Of a stretch of 64,000 bases of DNA, positions 27,200 to 36,068 are shown in pieces. A program made the position numbers and the translations under genes. Where the stretch lies: assembly GCA_965227295.1 (NCBI GenBank), contig OZ245742.1:1312001-1376000 (forward strand), written 5' to 3'. The notes under the pieces are model-generated. The model was not told where the DNA came from. It saw only the letters and a list, made by a program, of their open reading frames with translations, and made no database searches. The DNA comes from Leptonemataceae bacterium (lineage in GTDB: Bacteria; Spirochaetota; Leptospiria; Leptospirales; Leptonemataceae). Every line of letters starts with the position of its first letter. Position 1 is the stretch's first letter.

Positions 27200-27695
27200 T
27201 CGCAAGCAACGCTTCGAGACTTGAGTCGCAAGCCCGCGTCCGGGTCGAGGCGGACCATCTTAACAAAACGACATACCACAACTCCCGCTCAGCCGTAGCC
27301 AAAAAAACCTTCATCATTCCGCGACTCACTTCATGTTTCTCACGGCAATCGCAACGAACCGCAGCTCTTGAGCTACCGGAAACGCGCGGGTTGTTCGCAC
27401 ACGCGCCGAATCGTGGTGTAAGTGAAGGCCAGTGTACATTAAGACTTTTATGGGTACGGCTGGTTCCAGCTCACGTGCGGAGGTCATGCCGGGGAAATGT
27501 GGGGTGCGCACCGGAACGGCGTCTTCGTCGCAAGAAACGTGACGGGAGCCGAGTCGCAAACCAGCGGCCGGGCCGAAGCTAACATTCTTAACAAAACGAC
27601 ATACCGCAACTCCCGCTCAGCCGTGGCCATATAAACCCCTTCACGATTCGACGACTTACCCCATGATTCTCGCAGGCAACGCCGCGAATCACTGC
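27200..27695. repeat. Two diverged direct repeats (~165 bp, period 328 bp) with a near-identical 44-bp core
   Basis: Core TCTTAACAAAACGACATACCRCAACTCCCGCTCAGCCGTRGCCA at 27258-27301 and 27586-27629 (42/44 identical); flanks also align. Confidence 0.85.
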
Positions 27696-29344
27696 TTTTC
27701 AGATTCTTTCCGTTTTGATAGCCGTAAGTCCTGGCGCAGAGCGCGCACCAGGCCCCAGCAAATCAAGACCAGGATGATGGTCAGAGGCAGCGCCGTGGTG
27801 ATCGAGGCGGTCTGTAACGCCTCCAATGCTTTCGTGCCGCCCGTGTACAGCAACGTGGCAGCCACGCCCCCTTCGAGCAGGGCCCAGAAGATACGTTGAC
27901 TCACAGGCGGATCGTGATGACCGCCGGCGGTGATGATGTCGATGACCAGAGAGCCCGAGTCCGACGATGTGATGAAGTACGACGCCACGACAAAGGTGCC
28001 CAGTAACGATGCCAGGGAGATGAAGACGTCGTTGACCGGCAGGCGTTCCAGCATGAGATAGAGTGCGCGCGGGACGTTGTTAGTGTAATCCTCGTATAGA
28101 ATTGCGGCGATGGCGTTGTCGTGAAAGACGGCAGTGCTTTCGGCGTTCGCAATCACGGCGTCCGACGGCATTCCCGGAGCGGTCTCACTCACCGCGGAAA
28201 TGACGCCGCCTTCGAAAAGATCCATGTGGATGGCCGTGTTGCCGAATACGGAGAGCCAGAAAAACGTCAGGAGCGTCGGCGCTAATAGCACTCCCAGGAC
28301 GAACTCGCGGATGGTGCGGCCCCTGGAAATGCGCGCGATGAAGATGCCCACGAAGGGCGACCAGGAAATCCACCAGGCCCAATAGAAGATCGTCCAGCTC
28401 TTTTGCCAGTTACTGTCCTGATAGGCCGCATTCCAGAACGTGGACGTAATGAGGCGCTGCGTGTAGTCGCCGGTGTTTTGTACGAAGGACTTTAACAGAA
28501 AGATGGTCGGGCCGGCGAGAAAAACAAAGAGCAGCAAAATCGTACCCAGCGCGATGTTCATGTTGGAGAGCCAGAGGATGCCGCGCTCCAGGCCGGACAC
28601 CACGGAGATTGTGGCCGCGAACGTAATGATCGCAATCAGTAACAACTGATTCTCTAAACTTAGATCCAGAACGCCGATGTAGTGCAGGCCGGCGTTCACC
28701 TGCATCACGCCCAGGCCCAGCGAAGTGGCGATGCCGAAGAGCGTGCCCAGCACCGCGAAAGTATCGATGACATCTCCGATGAGTCCGTGGATGCGCTCGC
28801 CGAAGATCGGCTCCAGCGCGGAACGAATGGAGAGCGGTTTGTTTTTGCGATGCGTGAAGTATGCCAGCGCGAGACCGATGACGATGTAGATGCCCCAGGC
28901 GTGAAGGCCCCAGTGAAAGAACGTGAACTGCATGGCATCCCGCGCGGCCTCCACGGTGCCCGGTTCGCTGAACGGCGGATTCGCAAAGTGCGTCACCGGT
29001 TCGGCGACGGACCAGAAGATCAGACCGATTCCCATGCCCGCGCTGAAGAGCATGGCGAACCAGGAAAGCCGGCTGAAATCGGGCTTTGCGTCGTCCGGCC
29101 CGAGGCGAATGCGACCGTAGGGACTGAAGTACAGCCAGATCGAAAAGAACAGGAATCCGCCGACTGCGAGAATGTAGAACCAGCCGAGATAAGTGGCAAG
29201 GCCGTCCTGGACCAGGCCGGCGATGTCCCCGGTTTGCTCGGGAAAGGCGACGCCGAAAAAGAGGAAGAGAGCGATGAGTCCGGCGGAAACGGGAAAGACG
29301 AAAACGTTGAAGTGCAGTCCGTAACGGTTGAATATTTTTTGCAT
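27689..29344 (-). CDS. BCCT-family (choline/glycine betaine) transporter
   Basis: SWFAMLFSAGMGIGL, FFHWGLHAWGIY, WTIFYWAWWISWSPFVG, TSSDSG. Confidence 0.95.
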   Translation of the reverse strand: MQKIFNRYGLHFNVFVFPVSAGLIALFLFFGVAFPEQTGDIAGLVQDGLATYLGWFYILAVGGFLFFSIWLYFSPYGRIRLGPDDAKPDFSRLSWFAMLFSAGMGIGLIFWSVAEPVTHFANPPFSEPGTVEAARDAMQFTFFHWGLHAWGIYIVIGLALAYFTHRKNKPLSIRSALEPIFGERIHGLIGDVIDTFAVLGTLFGIATSLGLGVMQVNAGLHYIGVLDLSLENQLLLIAIITFAATISVVSGLERGILWLSNMNIALGTILLLFVFLAGPTIFLLKSFVQNTGDYTQRLITSTFWNAAYQDSNWQKSWTIFYWAWWISWSPFVGIFIARISRGRTIREFVLGVLLAPTLLTFFWLSVFGNTAIHMDLFEGGVISAVSETAPGMPSDAVIANAESTAVFHDNAIAAILYEDYTNNVPRALYLMLERLPVNDVFISLASLLGTFVVASYFITSSDSGSLVIDIITAGGHHDPPVSQRIFWALLEGGVAATLLYTGGTKALEALQTASITTALPLTIILVLICWGLVRALRQDLRLSKRKESEKQ

Positions 29345-29437
29345 AGTGCTATCAGGAAGGAGAAGATCGGAGAGTCCCTGCCAGCGTGACGGAATTCGGG
29401 TAAGCGTCAAGGAGTTCGGCAAAGAGCGGTTTTTCGC

Positions 29438-29764
29438 TCAGCCGAGGATGTCGAGGAACATGCCCTGGTTCACCTGTTCGCGAGAACGGAAGACGCGCTC
29501 GGAGTAGGCATCGGGGCCGGATTCGTTGTCACGGATGCGTTGGAGATCGCGGCGAAACTCGGCGGCTTCGGCGGAGCGATCCCGTGCTACGCGGGCGTTT
29601 TCGACGGTGGCATCCCGCGGCATGCTGAGGCGCGATGGTTCCACGCCGCCGCGAACCGCGGTTACGGGATCGACGGCGCGGTTGTTGTAGTGCTGCACGG
29701 GATAGGCGTAATGCCCCTGTACTCGCGAGGCGTTAAAGGAGCCGCTTTCGATGCCGCCGATCAT
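29438..29764 (-). CDS. Small hypothetical protein
   Basis: ORF ending G.FLDILG; start placed at ATG 29764. Confidence 0.55.
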   Translation of the reverse strand: MIGGIESGSFNASRVQGHYAYPVQHYNNRAVDPVTAVRGGVEPSRLSMPRDATVENARVARDRSAEAAEFRRDLQRIRDNESGPDAYSERVFRSREQVNQGMFLDILG

Positions 29765-29837
29765 GGTGTATTGATTATCGGAATTTGGGCGGCGGGCTTT
29801 AGATGCTTCGGGGCGTTTTTGCCGGGGATCTTCTGGC

Positions 29838-29869
29838 CACAGAGGCACAGAGGCACAGAGGCACAGAGA
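29838..29869 (+). repeat. Octamer tandem repeat (CACAGAGG)x3 + CACAGAGA
   Basis: Read directly; related motif at 61739-61764. Confidence 0.9.
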
Positions 29870-29963
29870 GCAGGCGTGGGATGGGCGGTGGTCAGATGAT
29901 GTGCGGCGTTGGGTGTCGGGTTCGTTCTATTCTGGATCGGCGGGCCATGGTAGTCTGCTTGTT

Positions 29964-30371
29964 ATGAACGATTCGATTTCTCTTAAGATTTACGTTGCGC
30001 TGGCCGGGCTGATCGCTCTCGCGATCGGCGGAATGATTCTCCTCGCGCCGACGCAGTTCTATGCTACGAACGGCATCGTCCTCGGTAGTGACGCGAGCTT
30101 GTTGAACGAGATCCGTGCGTCCGGTGGTTTGCTCGTCGGTGCGGCGGGATTGATTTTGGCCGGCCTGGTGTATGCGGAACTGCGGTTTGTGGCGGTACTG
30201 CTCGCGACGGTGTTGTATCTGGCATACGGTTTGGCGCGGTTGATCGGATTCGCGATGGATGGCCTGCCGGCGGACGGATTGGTGACGGCGACAGTGATCG
30301 AGTTGGTGTTGGGGGGAGTCGGAGTGGCTGTGATGATTCGCGGGTACTGGATCAATTCTTCGGACTATTGA
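29964..30371 (+). CDS. DUF4345-like membrane protein
   Basis: Four TM segments; NEIRASGG and ARLIG...DGLP motifs. Confidence 0.75.
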   Translation: MNDSISLKIYVALAGLIALAIGGMILLAPTQFYATNGIVLGSDASLLNEIRASGGLLVGAAGLILAGLVYAELRFVAVLLATVLYLAYGLARLIGFAMDGLPADGLVTATVIELVLGGVGVAVMIRGYWINSSDY

Positions 30372-30387
30372 CCATCTCACGCAATTT

Positions 30388-30678
30388 TTGTTGCAGGGCG
30401 ACGACCGGCCGGGGATTATTCAGCCATGTCTCCGAACCTCAGCCCGGCCAATCGAGATCGCGCACAAGTATGAGTATCTGGCGTTTACGTACAAGGTGCA
30501 CCGCCTGGGGATTCCCGATCTGCTGGGACGCCAGTGGCTGGAGCTGTGGATTCGCAGCCTCGCCATGACCGAAGAATTTCACGACGTCCACAATTCGTAC
30601 GAAGGTTACTATCCTGAGTTCGAAGCTTTCGTGGACGATCTGCTCAAGAGTACGCCGGCGGCACTTAACGTTCCGTAA
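30388..30678 (+). CDS. Short hypothetical ORF or gene remnant
   Basis: Protein-like composition but weak TTG start and no RBS. Confidence 0.3.
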   Translation: MLQGDDRPGIIQPCLRTSARPIEIAHKYEYLAFTYKVHRLGIPDLLGRQWLELWIRSLAMTEEFHDVHNSYEGYYPEFEAFVDDLLKSTPAALNVP

Positions 30679-31726
30679 ACATCTCTTTGATCACCGCTTC
30701 CGCCATCTTATCTTTCATCAAGAACCCGCGCTTATACGCTCGCCCTTCGTAACTGTCGAGCGTCGTCGCGTACTTCCAGATCCACACGCCGGCCGGTGCG
30801 CCGGCCCGCGTGAAGGCCTCACGCATGGCACGATATGCAAAAGCCTGGAGTTCCTGGTCCGCGGCGTATTCGGGGTTCGGCCACGCATGCGGCATGCGTA
30901 CGGCATGATCGTGGGAGGGAAAACCGAGTTCGGTGAGCAGCACCGGCCGGTTCAACGAACGCGCGTGCGCGTAGTGCTCACGGAGCTTCGCCGCGTAGTG
31001 ATCGGCGAGTTCGTCGAGGGAAGGATCGCCGTGTTGGTCGACGTCGTAGCGATAGTAGAAATCGAGGCCGATGTAGTCGAGGTCTTCCCAGAACTCGATG
31101 TTCTTCGCGTTCCAGGCCTCGCAGGCATACGTAAGTTTGCCTGAGTAGATCTTACGGACCTTTGCGATCAGCGTGCGCCAGTGTTTTGTTTCCCGGGAGA
31201 GTGCCACCAGTTCGGTGCCCACCGCGAAGACCTCCGCGCCGCCAGCTTCCGCGATGCGCGCCTGCTCCAGCAGAAAGGTTGCGTATGCCGCGAACCAGCG
31301 GTCCAGGTCGGCCGGATCCTCGAAGCGGATCTTGCTGCGCCACTGCTGCGCCGCGTCGTTGGTCCAGCCGCCCACCCATACGTGGGGTTTCAGCAGGACC
31401 GTGAAGCCGGCCGCCTTCGCCGCGGCGATTTCTTGCGCGAGATCCGCCGTTGTGAGCGTGGGATCGTTCCACTGGAGGTCCGTGCTGTGATTGCCCTCCT
31501 GGTATGCGAACGTATTGAACTGGACGCTGTCGTAGCCGGCGGCTTTCAGGTGTTTGTAGAGACCGCTGGTGGCATTGTGGCCGTATCCGGAGCCGCGGCG
31601 ATGGACGTGGGCAATCGCCGCGCCGCGAAATTCCAGGGCTTTGCCGGGAGGCGCGGTGTAGCTTTCTTGTTCCGGCGGCCGACAGAGTACGAGCCCCAGG
31701 CCCGAGATGGACAGTATGAGTAACAT
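30665..31726 (-). CDS. Glycoside hydrolase family 113-like (clan GH-A) exported protein
   Basis: VLLKPHV, VGTEL (acid/base Glu), IGLDFY, LTELGFPS (nucleophile Glu); signal ending LVLC. Confidence 0.8.
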   Translation of the reverse strand: MLLILSISGLGLVLCRPPEQESYTAPPGKALEFRGAAIAHVHRRGSGYGHNATSGLYKHLKAAGYDSVQFNTFAYQEGNHSTDLQWNDPTLTTADLAQEIAAAKAAGFTVLLKPHVWVGGWTNDAAQQWRSKIRFEDPADLDRWFAAYATFLLEQARIAEAGGAEVFAVGTELVALSRETKHWRTLIAKVRKIYSGKLTYACEAWNAKNIEFWEDLDYIGLDFYYRYDVDQHGDPSLDELADHYAAKLREHYAHARSLNRPVLLTELGFPSHDHAVRMPHAWPNPEYAADQELQAFAYRAMREAFTRAGAPAGVWIWKYATTLDSYEGRAYKRGFLMKDKMAEAVIKEMFTER

Positions 31727-31742
31727 TCCCCGAATAAAACTT

Positions 31743-32537
31743 ATGCGATTGTTGCTCATATCGTTACTGCTTGCCGCCCCGGGTTGCGGCAGGGCCTGGG
31801 AGCGCGACAACGGCGTGCCCCTGGATCGGGCGGACCTTCCGCTTTCGCTGGAACCGTTGCAGAGCGGCAGTCCGATCTGGGTGATCCAGGATTACAACTA
31901 CTTCCAGACGAATTCCGTGATGTTCGTCCATCCGGACGGCGCGTGGTTCTTCGACGCCGGCTGGACCTACAAGTCCGCGCGGCAAATTCTCTGGAAAGCC
32001 GCGGCGAATACCTACGGTGACTTTCTCGGCCTGGTCATCACGAGCTTTCCTTTGCATCACACCGGTGGGCTGCTTACGTTTCAGAGTCACGGCGTGAAGA
32101 TCGTCGGACATCGTTATACGGAACCGCTCTTGAGAAAACATTGGTTGCCGATGCAGCAATCCATGCAGCGTACGTTCGATTCCTGGCGGGTGTTCGATCT
32201 CGTGCGTCCGAACGGTGTCTACGGCAAGAGCTTTTCGATTATGGACGGGCGCATTCGGGTGATCCACGTGGGCGGCTATTCGCCGGATGCCTCCGTGGTG
32301 CTGTTTCGGGACGAACGCGTTCTGTACGCGGGGTCGCTAATCGCGGATCCGTTGATGTTTATGGAATACACCGACTTTGAGCAGTACGAGCAGGCCCTGG
32401 ACGCCGTCGAGGCCCTGGAGTTCGATACGATCATTGCCGGACACGGCAAGGCCGTGCATGATCGTTCGATCATAAACAAGGTGCGCTTTGAGGTGGGGCG
32501 GCTGAAGCGGGCGGCGGAAGGGGTGCGTGAACGTTGA
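31743..32537 (+). CDS. MBL-fold lipoprotein with degenerate metal-binding motif
   Basis: Signal ending APGC; NSVMF...FFDAGW, ITSFPLHHTGG, VLYAGSL, IIAGHG. Confidence 0.75.
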   Translation: MRLLLISLLLAAPGCGRAWERDNGVPLDRADLPLSLEPLQSGSPIWVIQDYNYFQTNSVMFVHPDGAWFFDAGWTYKSARQILWKAAANTYGDFLGLVITSFPLHHTGGLLTFQSHGVKIVGHRYTEPLLRKHWLPMQQSMQRTFDSWRVFDLVRPNGVYGKSFSIMDGRIRVIHVGGYSPDASVVLFRDERVLYAGSLIADPLMFMEYTDFEQYEQALDAVEALEFDTIIAGHGKAVHDRSIINKVRFEVGRLKRAAEGVRER

Positions 32538-32566
32538 AGCCCTTCGCGCCGGCCGCATCGTGTAAC

Positions 32567-32782
32567 TTAATCCGGAATGAACCTTGAGAGAACTTTCTTT
32601 TTCAGCCGACGGGTGCGAATGTTGCGGACGACTTTCATTTGCTCGTCGTCGAGCAGAAAGGCGGCCTGCAGGCCGTTGTCGGGAAGAAGAGTGTCGTCCA
32701 GCGAGCTGACGAGATTCTTGCGAGCGCGAAAGATTGAAGCGACGTACTCCGGGTTGAAGTCTTCGTATTGATCGTGTAACAT
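32567..32782 (-). CDS. Small hypothetical protein (71 aa)
   Basis: GGAGG RBS upstream; fills an intergenic gap. Confidence 0.55.
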   Translation of the reverse strand: MLHDQYEDFNPEYVASIFRARKNLVSSLDDTLLPDNGLQAAFLLDDEQMKVVRNIRTRRLKKKVLSRFIPD

Positions 32783-33022
32783 CCTGCCCTCCGTGCGGTG
32801 GAATGTGAGTTGCTTTTTGTGTATGGGATCGGCCGCTTCCGTGCAGCCTCACCCTGATATGTGTTTCGGCGGAAATGCAGCAGCCTGTAGATTTTTTTCT
32901 CCGCTGCGGCCGGCGGAGGCCGAAAAGTTTTCCACGATTTTTAACGTATTCTGAACCTGGCGCGGCGATTTTTTTGAACCGGCCGGCGGAGATTACGTCG
33001 CCAGCAAGCCGTGTAGGAACTC

Positions 33023-34723
33023 TTACCAGCTGCCGCTGGCCCCGCCACCGCCGAAGGAACCGCCGCCCCCGCCGGAAAAACCGCCGAAGCTACTGGATGA
33101 CGACCAGCTCGACGAGCTGCTGCTGAACGTGCTCGAACTCCAGGAACTGGTGCTGGAATATCCGGATGTCGACGTGGAGACCGGGCGCGGCTTCTTAAAG
33201 TACGCGCCGGGATTCGCATCGATAGGACGAATGCGTTTTTTATAGAAGTCGTTCATCTCTTCGAGGGTTTCCGGTTTCTCGGGGGCCATGGCCAGGAGAT
33301 CCTGCCAGTCTTCGCGCAGTTCTTTGCGTTTGTTGTTTACTTTACTTTTGCTGTAGTCGGAGTTGGACGCCCACTTCAGCCAGCGCCGGTCCGTTTCCAG
33401 GAAATCTTCGACACGCTCGCGACAGGTCTCCCGGGAATAATCGAAGTGATCGGCGGGAGAAGCCTTGTGCCGGCGTAGCTTCTTGTAGAGAGCATCCGCG
33501 CGTTCCGCGTCGGTCTTTTCGCTGAGCGCCGTGTACTCCGTCGTGCTGTCTGCGCGCAGCTTTTGTACGGATGCGGAGTCGTAGATCCCGGCGGCGTCCT
33601 GCCAGAACTCTTCATCATCCAGAATCTCTTTGATCTTACGCAGAGAGTACTCCGGTTTGTAGTGTAACATCTTCTCAGGCTCTTTTAAGGTGCGCCGGAC
33701 GTCGCGTTCGAGTTGTTTGTAGTAGCTGCTGAGATACAGGCCGCCGGCTTCCAGGTCTTCGCCGAAGGTCGCACGCATGCCGTCCACCTGCGCGGGATCG
33801 AAGCGTTGTTTGAGTTTTTCCCAGGACTTGTGATTATCGAGGAGGCTGCGGATCTTCGCCTTAAGATCTTTGCGAGAGCCGCCGAGGATTCCGAGGTAAA
33901 CCAGGCTCGCCAGTAACAGCACCACGCTCACGGCCCACATGCCGTCGACGCCGAATTCGTCGAGGATGAAGTACAGAACGAAGGCCGGGATACCGCCGGC
34001 GAAGAGGGCGACGCCGTGGTTGGCCAGGAACTCCGTGGACGCATTGTCGAGGGAAAAGTTGCTGCCGCTGATCGTTCCGTCCGTGCCGCGCTGCGGAGTG
34101 CGCCCGTAGAGCCAGGCGTAGATCAAACTCAACAAACCGTACATACTGCCGGTGATCACCATGGCCCAACCCGACAGCCCCGAGGATGTCCGGCCCGGTA
34201 CATCTTCGGCGACGTCTTCCACGGTTACGATCTCTTCACCGCGCGTCGCCGCGATCAAACGATCGGTTGCCGCGAAGATTGCGTAGTAGACCTCGCCGTC
34301 TTTCAGTCGCGGTACCATCGTTTCCTGGATTACACGATTCGCAAAAGCGTCCGGAATCGCGCCCTCCAGACCGTAACCTACTTCGATGCGAAGTTTGCGA
34401 TCGTCGAGGAATAGCGCGATGAGTACGCCGTTGTCCTTGCCCTGCCGGCCGATGCCCCAGCGCTCGGCGGTTTCGAAGGTTGTCGTGAAGACGTCCTTGC
34501 CTTCTAGCGAGGGCGCGACGAGTACGAAGATCTGGTGCGTGGTTTCGTCTTCGAACTCGCGCAACTTCGTGTTCAAGGCGGAGATTTCGCTCTCGCTTAA
34601 TGTTTCCGTGGCATCGGTTACGTAGCCCCAGGGTTTCTCGGGGATTTGCGCCGTGAGGGCCGTGGAGAGCGCGAGGACGGCGGTTAGTATGATTGTACGG
34701 TAGGTTAGCCGATGTTTCTGCAT
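33023..34723 (-). CDS. TPM-domain membrane protein with Gly/Ser-rich tail
   Basis: YVTDATETLS...WGIGRQGKDNGVL...RIEVGYGLEGAIPD; three TM segments; tail GGGGGSFGGGGASGSW. Confidence 0.9.
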   Translation of the reverse strand: MQKHRLTYRTIILTAVLALSTALTAQIPEKPWGYVTDATETLSESEISALNTKLREFEDETTHQIFVLVAPSLEGKDVFTTTFETAERWGIGRQGKDNGVLIALFLDDRKLRIEVGYGLEGAIPDAFANRVIQETMVPRLKDGEVYYAIFAATDRLIAATRGEEIVTVEDVAEDVPGRTSSGLSGWAMVITGSMYGLLSLIYAWLYGRTPQRGTDGTISGSNFSLDNASTEFLANHGVALFAGGIPAFVLYFILDEFGVDGMWAVSVVLLLASLVYLGILGGSRKDLKAKIRSLLDNHKSWEKLKQRFDPAQVDGMRATFGEDLEAGGLYLSSYYKQLERDVRRTLKEPEKMLHYKPEYSLRKIKEILDDEEFWQDAAGIYDSASVQKLRADSTTEYTALSEKTDAERADALYKKLRRHKASPADHFDYSRETCRERVEDFLETDRRWLKWASNSDYSKSKVNNKRKELREDWQDLLAMAPEKPETLEEMNDFYKKRIRPIDANPGAYFKKPRPVSTSTSGYSSTSSWSSSTFSSSSSSWSSSSSFGGFSGGGGGSFGGGGASGSW

Positions 34724-34787
34724 TGTTCGATACTCCTGATGGCGGCGGCCGGACATGTGAATGATGACATAGCTCCAGTCGACCATC

Positions 34788-35192
34788 TCACCGCATCCCG
34801 TCGATCACGCGTACCGTCGCACTCAGCGCGCTGAAGTACCGCCGAAATTCCTGCTCGTCGCTGACCATAGAAGCGACGTCGACACCGGCGCCGGTGTCGT
34901 CTAAGAACGCATCGGGGACTTCTTGCAACAGCTTGCGCACGACGGCCTGCACTTCCGGCGCGCCGAGGATCTGCTGGACCTGAGCTTCGGCTTCGGCGTT
35001 CGCCCGGATGCGTACGAGCTTGTTGAACTCCGCGTGCCGATCTTCCGGCTGGATCTGGAGTGGCTTCACGGCCGCGGCGCGGACACGATCCTTCTTCGCG
35101 GCGCGGCGGGAGAGGGTGAACAGGATGACTCCGACCGGCAGGGTTACGAAGACGATGGGTACCACGCAGGTGGAGATCGTGTCGACGTCCAT
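34788..35192 (-). CDS. Hypothetical single-pass membrane protein
   Basis: N-terminal TM segment followed by a basic stretch. Confidence 0.6.
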   Translation of the reverse strand: MDVDTISTCVVPIVFVTLPVGVILFTLSRRAAKKDRVRAAAVKPLQIQPEDRHAEFNKLVRIRANAEAEAQVQQILGAPEVQAVVRKLLQEVPDAFLDDTGAGVDVASMVSDEQEFRRYFSALSATVRVIDGMR

Positions 35193-35286
35193 GCTTCGAT
35201 TCTCGGCGTTGCCCTGGAGTTGTCATCCGATTTTGTAAGATCGATGCGCTTGACACGGAATGACACGAAACGATATACATGCGCTC

Positions 35287-36042
35287 ATGAGTACACGCAA
35301 ACGCCTCGTCGCCGGAAACTGGAAGATGAACAAGACCCCGAGTCAATCGGCGAGCCTCGCCGCCGAATTATCGGCCGCCGTAGGTTCCGTCGGCGAAGTG
35401 GACGTGGTCGTCTGTCCCACTTACACCGCTCTTGATCGCGTCATCACTGCATTAAAAGATTCTTCCATAGAAGTCGGCGCCCAGGACCTCCACTGGGAAG
35501 ATCAGGGTGCGTTCACCGGGAAGATCTCGCACGACATGCTCACGGATTTGGGCGTAAAGTGGGTGATCATCGGTCACTCGGAGCAGCGCAGCTACTTTCA
35601 CGAGACGAACGAAACCGTAAACAAGAAGACCGCGAAGGCCCTGACCGGCGGCCTGTTGCCCATCGTATGCGTCGGTGAAACCCTGGAAGAGCGCGAGTCC
35701 GGCAAGCTACAGGACGTTGTGCGTGCTCAGGTCACCGGTGCGTTTGCAAACATCTCCAAAGAAGACGCCAGGAAATGCGTCATTGCCTACGAACCGGTGT
35801 GGGCCATCGGCACGGGCAAGACCGCAACACCGGACCAGGCCCAGGAGATGCACCGCTTCATTCGTGATCTCGTTCAGGAACTGTACGACGCCGATCTCGC
35901 GGCGAGCATGCGCATACTCTACGGCGGCAGTATGAAACCCGGCAACGCCGCCGAACTCCTCGGTCAGCCGGACATCGATGGTGGTCTCATCGGCGGGGCG
36001 TCGCTGAAGGCGGGGGACTTCGAAGGAATTGTGAAGGCCTGA
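35287..36042 (+). CDS. tpiA: Triosephosphate isomerase
   Basis: AGNWKMN, IGHSEQR, AYEPVWAIGTG, LYGGS, LIGGASL. Confidence 0.98.
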   Translation: MSTRKRLVAGNWKMNKTPSQSASLAAELSAAVGSVGEVDVVVCPTYTALDRVITALKDSSIEVGAQDLHWEDQGAFTGKISHDMLTDLGVKWVIIGHSEQRSYFHETNETVNKKTAKALTGGLLPIVCVGETLEERESGKLQDVVRAQVTGAFANISKEDARKCVIAYEPVWAIGTGKTATPDQAQEMHRFIRDLVQELYDADLAASMRILYGGSMKPGNAAELLGQPDIDGGLIGGASLKAGDFEGIVKA

Positions 36043-36068
36043 GCAAGTGCGGCGTTTGCCCCGCGGCC

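Noticed and set aside
25983-27329. 448-aa minus-strand ORF starting within the repeat
   Set aside because: Mostly antisense to the lipase; no recognisable domain.
27258-27629. Direct repeat interpreted as CRISPR, dif, integron attC or Tn3 end
   Set aside because: Only two copies with ~284 bp between cores and no cas genes. One arm partly resembles a XerD site but no XerC arm is present. No paired GTTRRRY end, no GGGG terminus and no recombinase in the window.
33023-33185. Low-complexity GC/CTG-rich tract as a DNA repeat
   Set aside because: It encodes the usual Ser/Gly-rich tail of TPM proteins.
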